Positions 61,235-64,000 of a stretch of DNA of 64,000 nucleotides are shown piece by piece. The notes beneath the pieces are model-generated. The model searched no databases, was not told the origin of the DNA, and saw only the letters and a program-made list of their open reading frames with translations. The stretch comes from an uncultured Chlamydiae bacterium (GTDB lineage Bacteria; Chlamydiota; Chlamydiia; Chlamydiales; Parachlamydiaceae). Where the stretch lies: NCBI GenBank assembly GCA_963754655.1, contig CAVWGN010000001.1:736001-800000 (forward strand), read 5' to 3'. The position numbers and the translations under genes were made by a program. Numbering within the stretch: position 1 is the stretch's first letter; each line of letters begins with the position of its first letter.

Positions 61235-62518
61235 TTATAAGACCACTTCTACTTTTTTCCAGGCCCGACGAATTTCATCACGGACTTTTTGATCTTCTTT
61301 GAAAAGAGTATCAGCAGTTTTAATGGTTGCTTGGGCAAAATCTTTCATTGAAGCATTAGGTTTGAAAGCTCTAGGCGTCATCATAGTGGTGAACCATATT
61401 AAGCCTGCTTTTTCCCAAGGATTGCCCCCTAATGCCGTTGCAAATAGATAGAAAGCATGATTGGGAATTCCGGAATTAATGTGTACGCCTCCATTGTCAT
61501 CGGTGTCTTGATATAAATCGCCGTATTTAGCAGGCTGAGGATCCTTACCCAAATCCGGAATATCATAGGCTGTGCCAGGAGCTTTAAAAGAACGCAAAGG
61601 ATAGTTTTTGCCATCGTATTGCAAAATGCCATCTGCCAATAGCCAAGGCGCTGACTCGGCATTCAATTTATTGACGTACATATAGACGAGATAACCCATG
61701 ACATCGGAAAAGTGTTCGTTAAGGGCACCTGCTTCTCCTTCGTATTCCAAACGATTGCCCGTCACACCATGAGTTAATTCATGGCCAACAACATCTAAAA
61801 AGTTCACAAAAGCCTTGAAAAGCGCGCTTCCATCTCCATAAACCATTTCTGATCCATTCCAAAAAGCATTTTCATATTTAACACCAAAGTGAACACTCGA
61901 GTTAATAGCCATGCCTTTGCCATCAATAGAGTTGTGCTTGTATTGATGAAGATAAAAGAGAAAAACGTTTAAAGCATTACTTAGAGCTTGGGTGACAGAG
62001 TCATCACGTGTAGTGCCTTTTTGCTTATAGTGGATTTTGTCAATTGGATCGCCTTGAGCTGTAATGACAAGTTTCCCAGGTAAACTCTGTTGACTTTCAG
62101 CATCGTAGACGCCGCGTACGATCTTTTGAATGAAAGGAGTAGCATCAAATGGATCTTCTTTGGGTACTGGTTGGTGATGCTCGAAAGGGTTCGGTAGATG
62201 AAAGCTAAATGCATGCTGATTGTTGATCACGGATTGACGATGATTGCGAAAAGCTTCATCAGTTGCTCCATGGATATGTGCCGAAGCACGAATATGTTCA
62301 CGCTCATCATTCAATCTGACACCTTGAATTTTTTGTTGAAGATGAGGCGGAATAATATAGCATCGGCATCCACGCGCTTCTTTATGATAAGGTTCGACAA
62401 CTTCAAAGTGATGTCCATAACATCGAGTAGTCTTAGAGGGGGTTTGAAGATGTCCCCAATTTTGGACAACAGAATGAGAATCAGATAAAGGATCTATGGA
62501 TTGTTGGTAAGGATACAT
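61235..62518 (-). CDS. M4-family (protealysin-like) zinc metalloprotease
   Basis: Propeptide CYIIPPHL; NAFWNG, HELTHGV, GALNEHFSD, DNGGVHINSGIPNHAFY. Confidence 0.93.
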   Translation of the reverse strand: MYPYQQSIDPLSDSHSVVQNWGHLQTPSKTTRCYGHHFEVVEPYHKEARGCRCYIIPPHLQQKIQGVRLNDEREHIRASAHIHGATDEAFRNHRQSVINNQHAFSFHLPNPFEHHQPVPKEDPFDATPFIQKIVRGVYDAESQQSLPGKLVITAQGDPIDKIHYKQKGTTRDDSVTQALSNALNVFLFYLHQYKHNSIDGKGMAINSSVHFGVKYENAFWNGSEMVYGDGSALFKAFVNFLDVVGHELTHGVTGNRLEYEGEAGALNEHFSDVMGYLVYMYVNKLNAESAPWLLADGILQYDGKNYPLRSFKAPGTAYDIPDLGKDPQPAKYGDLYQDTDDNGGVHINSGIPNHAFYLFATALGGNPWEKAGLIWFTTMMTPRAFKPNASMKDFAQATIKTADTLFKEDQKVRDEIRRAWKKVEVVL

Positions 62519-62782
62519 ATTTTTTTCTCCTCTTTAATTGATTAAGTGAACTTACCAAGGGAGTTGGGCCAAAGAACACATCTTAGTCAATTTAGAGTGG
62601 AAAAGTAGATAAAGGAAGGGTCGGCTAGCAAGCGATAGGGATCATTGTCGTTATAATTGATTAAGAGAAAATATAAAATAAAATTTTAATTTATGGTGCT
62701 TATTGCTATCATTCCTAAAGCTATAAAATGCTTTATCACAATGTTCTACATAAGAGCATACAACTCAACTGAGTGGGAAGAC

Positions 62783-64000
62783 ATGTTTAAACTTTATCGC
62801 GAATTGATTCATCCATTCAATGACGAAGTAAAAGAAGAAAAGACTTCCTATCTTCCTTTAACAGAACGTCATTTGCAAGTGTTATGGTTAGAGCAGAAAT
62901 GTCTTACAAACTTAGTCACAAATCAAGGCGATGCAATAGAGGTCATTGCGCCTGGCATTTGGAATAGGGAAGCGGGTCCCGATTTTCTTAGAGCTCATCT
63001 GCGCATTGGGCAGCAAGATTATCGTGGAGATATAGAAATTCACCTGCATGATAGCGGTTGGTATCAGCATGGTCACCATTGCGATGTTCGGTATAATCAC
63101 GTGATGCTTCACCTTTCTTATGAAAGCTCTCCTCGTTCGCTTCCTATCAATAAAGAAAATGGCCAGCAAGTTTTTTCTTGTTATTTAGATCAAAGTCTAA
63201 CAGTTTCGCCATCTCAACTGATTTCCTTAATTGATTTTGATTTTTATCCTAGTAAGCAATTTTTAACTAGTGGACGCTGTGCCAAAGAATTGTTTCAACA
63301 CTTGCCAGATTCGCAAATTTACAATTTATTTCAATCAGCAGCTTATTGGCGTCTGGAAAAGAAATTAAATGATTTGCAGCTTGCTCATCCTACACGCTCT
63401 TTGCAATTTGCATGCGGAATTGCAATGGCACTTGGCTATAGGCATAATGCAAAGGCTTTTTTGGAACTTTTTCTTTATTTAATGCACTATCGCGATTTAC
63501 CTTATCAAGAGCTCTTAGCGATTGCTTTAGGATGTTGTGGCTTTTTAGAGGAGGGGAGAAAAAGCAGCTGGGAAGAATCGACTTATTATCAATATATGCG
63601 CTCCTTGTGGTGGGGAAGAAAGGATCAGATCAATTATCAAGCTCTCCTTAAACTGAATCAGATTCGTCCTTTTCATCATCCAATTAGGCGTCTTGCCTAT
63701 TTAGTTCATTTTTTACAAGATTCCTCTTTAGAGCAGCTTTGGTCTAAGAGCTTGCGCATTTGGGAAACGGCGATCGATAAGCCTGAGATCTTTTTTAAGC
63801 AGCTAAGAGAAAAATTATTAAATATGATACCTCATTATCAAGATGCTTATTGGGACAATCATTACACTTTTGAATCTCAAATACAAAAAAAGCAATTGCC
63901 TTGCTTAGGCAACGAGCTTAAGCAGCATATTTTGCTCAATACCACTCTTCCCCTTATCTATGCCACCCTTAAGGAGGCAGGAAATTTCCAAAATTGGGAG
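62783..64000 (+). CDS. DUF2851 family protein (3' truncated by window; absent from the ORF track)
   Basis: TERHLQVLW...PGIWNREAGPDFLRA...GDIEIH...WYQHGHHCD.RYNHVMLH read directly from the sequence; alternative ATG at 62741. Confidence 0.85.
   Translation, partial: MFKLYRELIHPFNDEVKEEKTSYLPLTERHLQVLWLEQKCLTNLVTNQGDAIEVIAPGIWNREAGPDFLRAHLRIGQQDYRGDIEIHLHDSGWYQHGHHCDVRYNHVMLHLSYESSPRSLPINKENGQQVFSCYLDQSLTVSPSQLISLIDFDFYPSKQFLTSGRCAKELFQHLPDSQIYNLFQSAAYWRLEKKLNDLQLAHPTRSLQFACGIAMALGYRHNAKAFLELFLYLMHYRDLPYQELLAIALGCCGFLEEGRKSSWEESTYYQYMRSLWWGRKDQINYQALLKLNQIRPFHHPIRRLAYLVHFLQDSSLEQLWSKSLRIWETAIDKPEIFFKQLREKLLNMIPHYQDAYWDNHYTFESQIQKKQLPCLGNELKQHILLNTTLPLIYATLKEAGNFQNWE

Overview
AT-rich bacterial chromosome segment, most likely from an environmental chlamydia (Parachlamydiaceae/Protochlamydia-like; inferred from the chlamydia-typical order nqrBCDE ... 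dnaA ... CT274-like/CT273-like ... rsmH-ftsL-pbp3-murE-amiA and uppS-cdsA-cmk-plsC). It carries housekeeping genes (gcvPB 3' end, bioY, nqrBCDE, dnaA, corA, comF, cell-wall cluster, gnd, lepA, two tRNAs), a CzcCBA-type metal efflux operon, several candidate secreted or inclusion-membrane proteins, one IS5-family element and a protealysin-like M4 protease. The most striking content is non-coding. Eight intergenic loci are long, near-perfect palindromes built as nested 'Russian dolls' from several distinct terminal-inverted-repeat shells, some with clean 8-bp target duplications and some with CTAG ends. The shells wrap REP-like doublets that share one three-hairpin architecture, and copy-specific mutations are mirrored on both arms. 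A second notable item is a small gene downstream of the M4 protease that looks like a free-standing copy of the protease's own propeptide. Frameshifts in dnaA, lepA and corA, several at homopolymers, suggest indel errors in the assembly.
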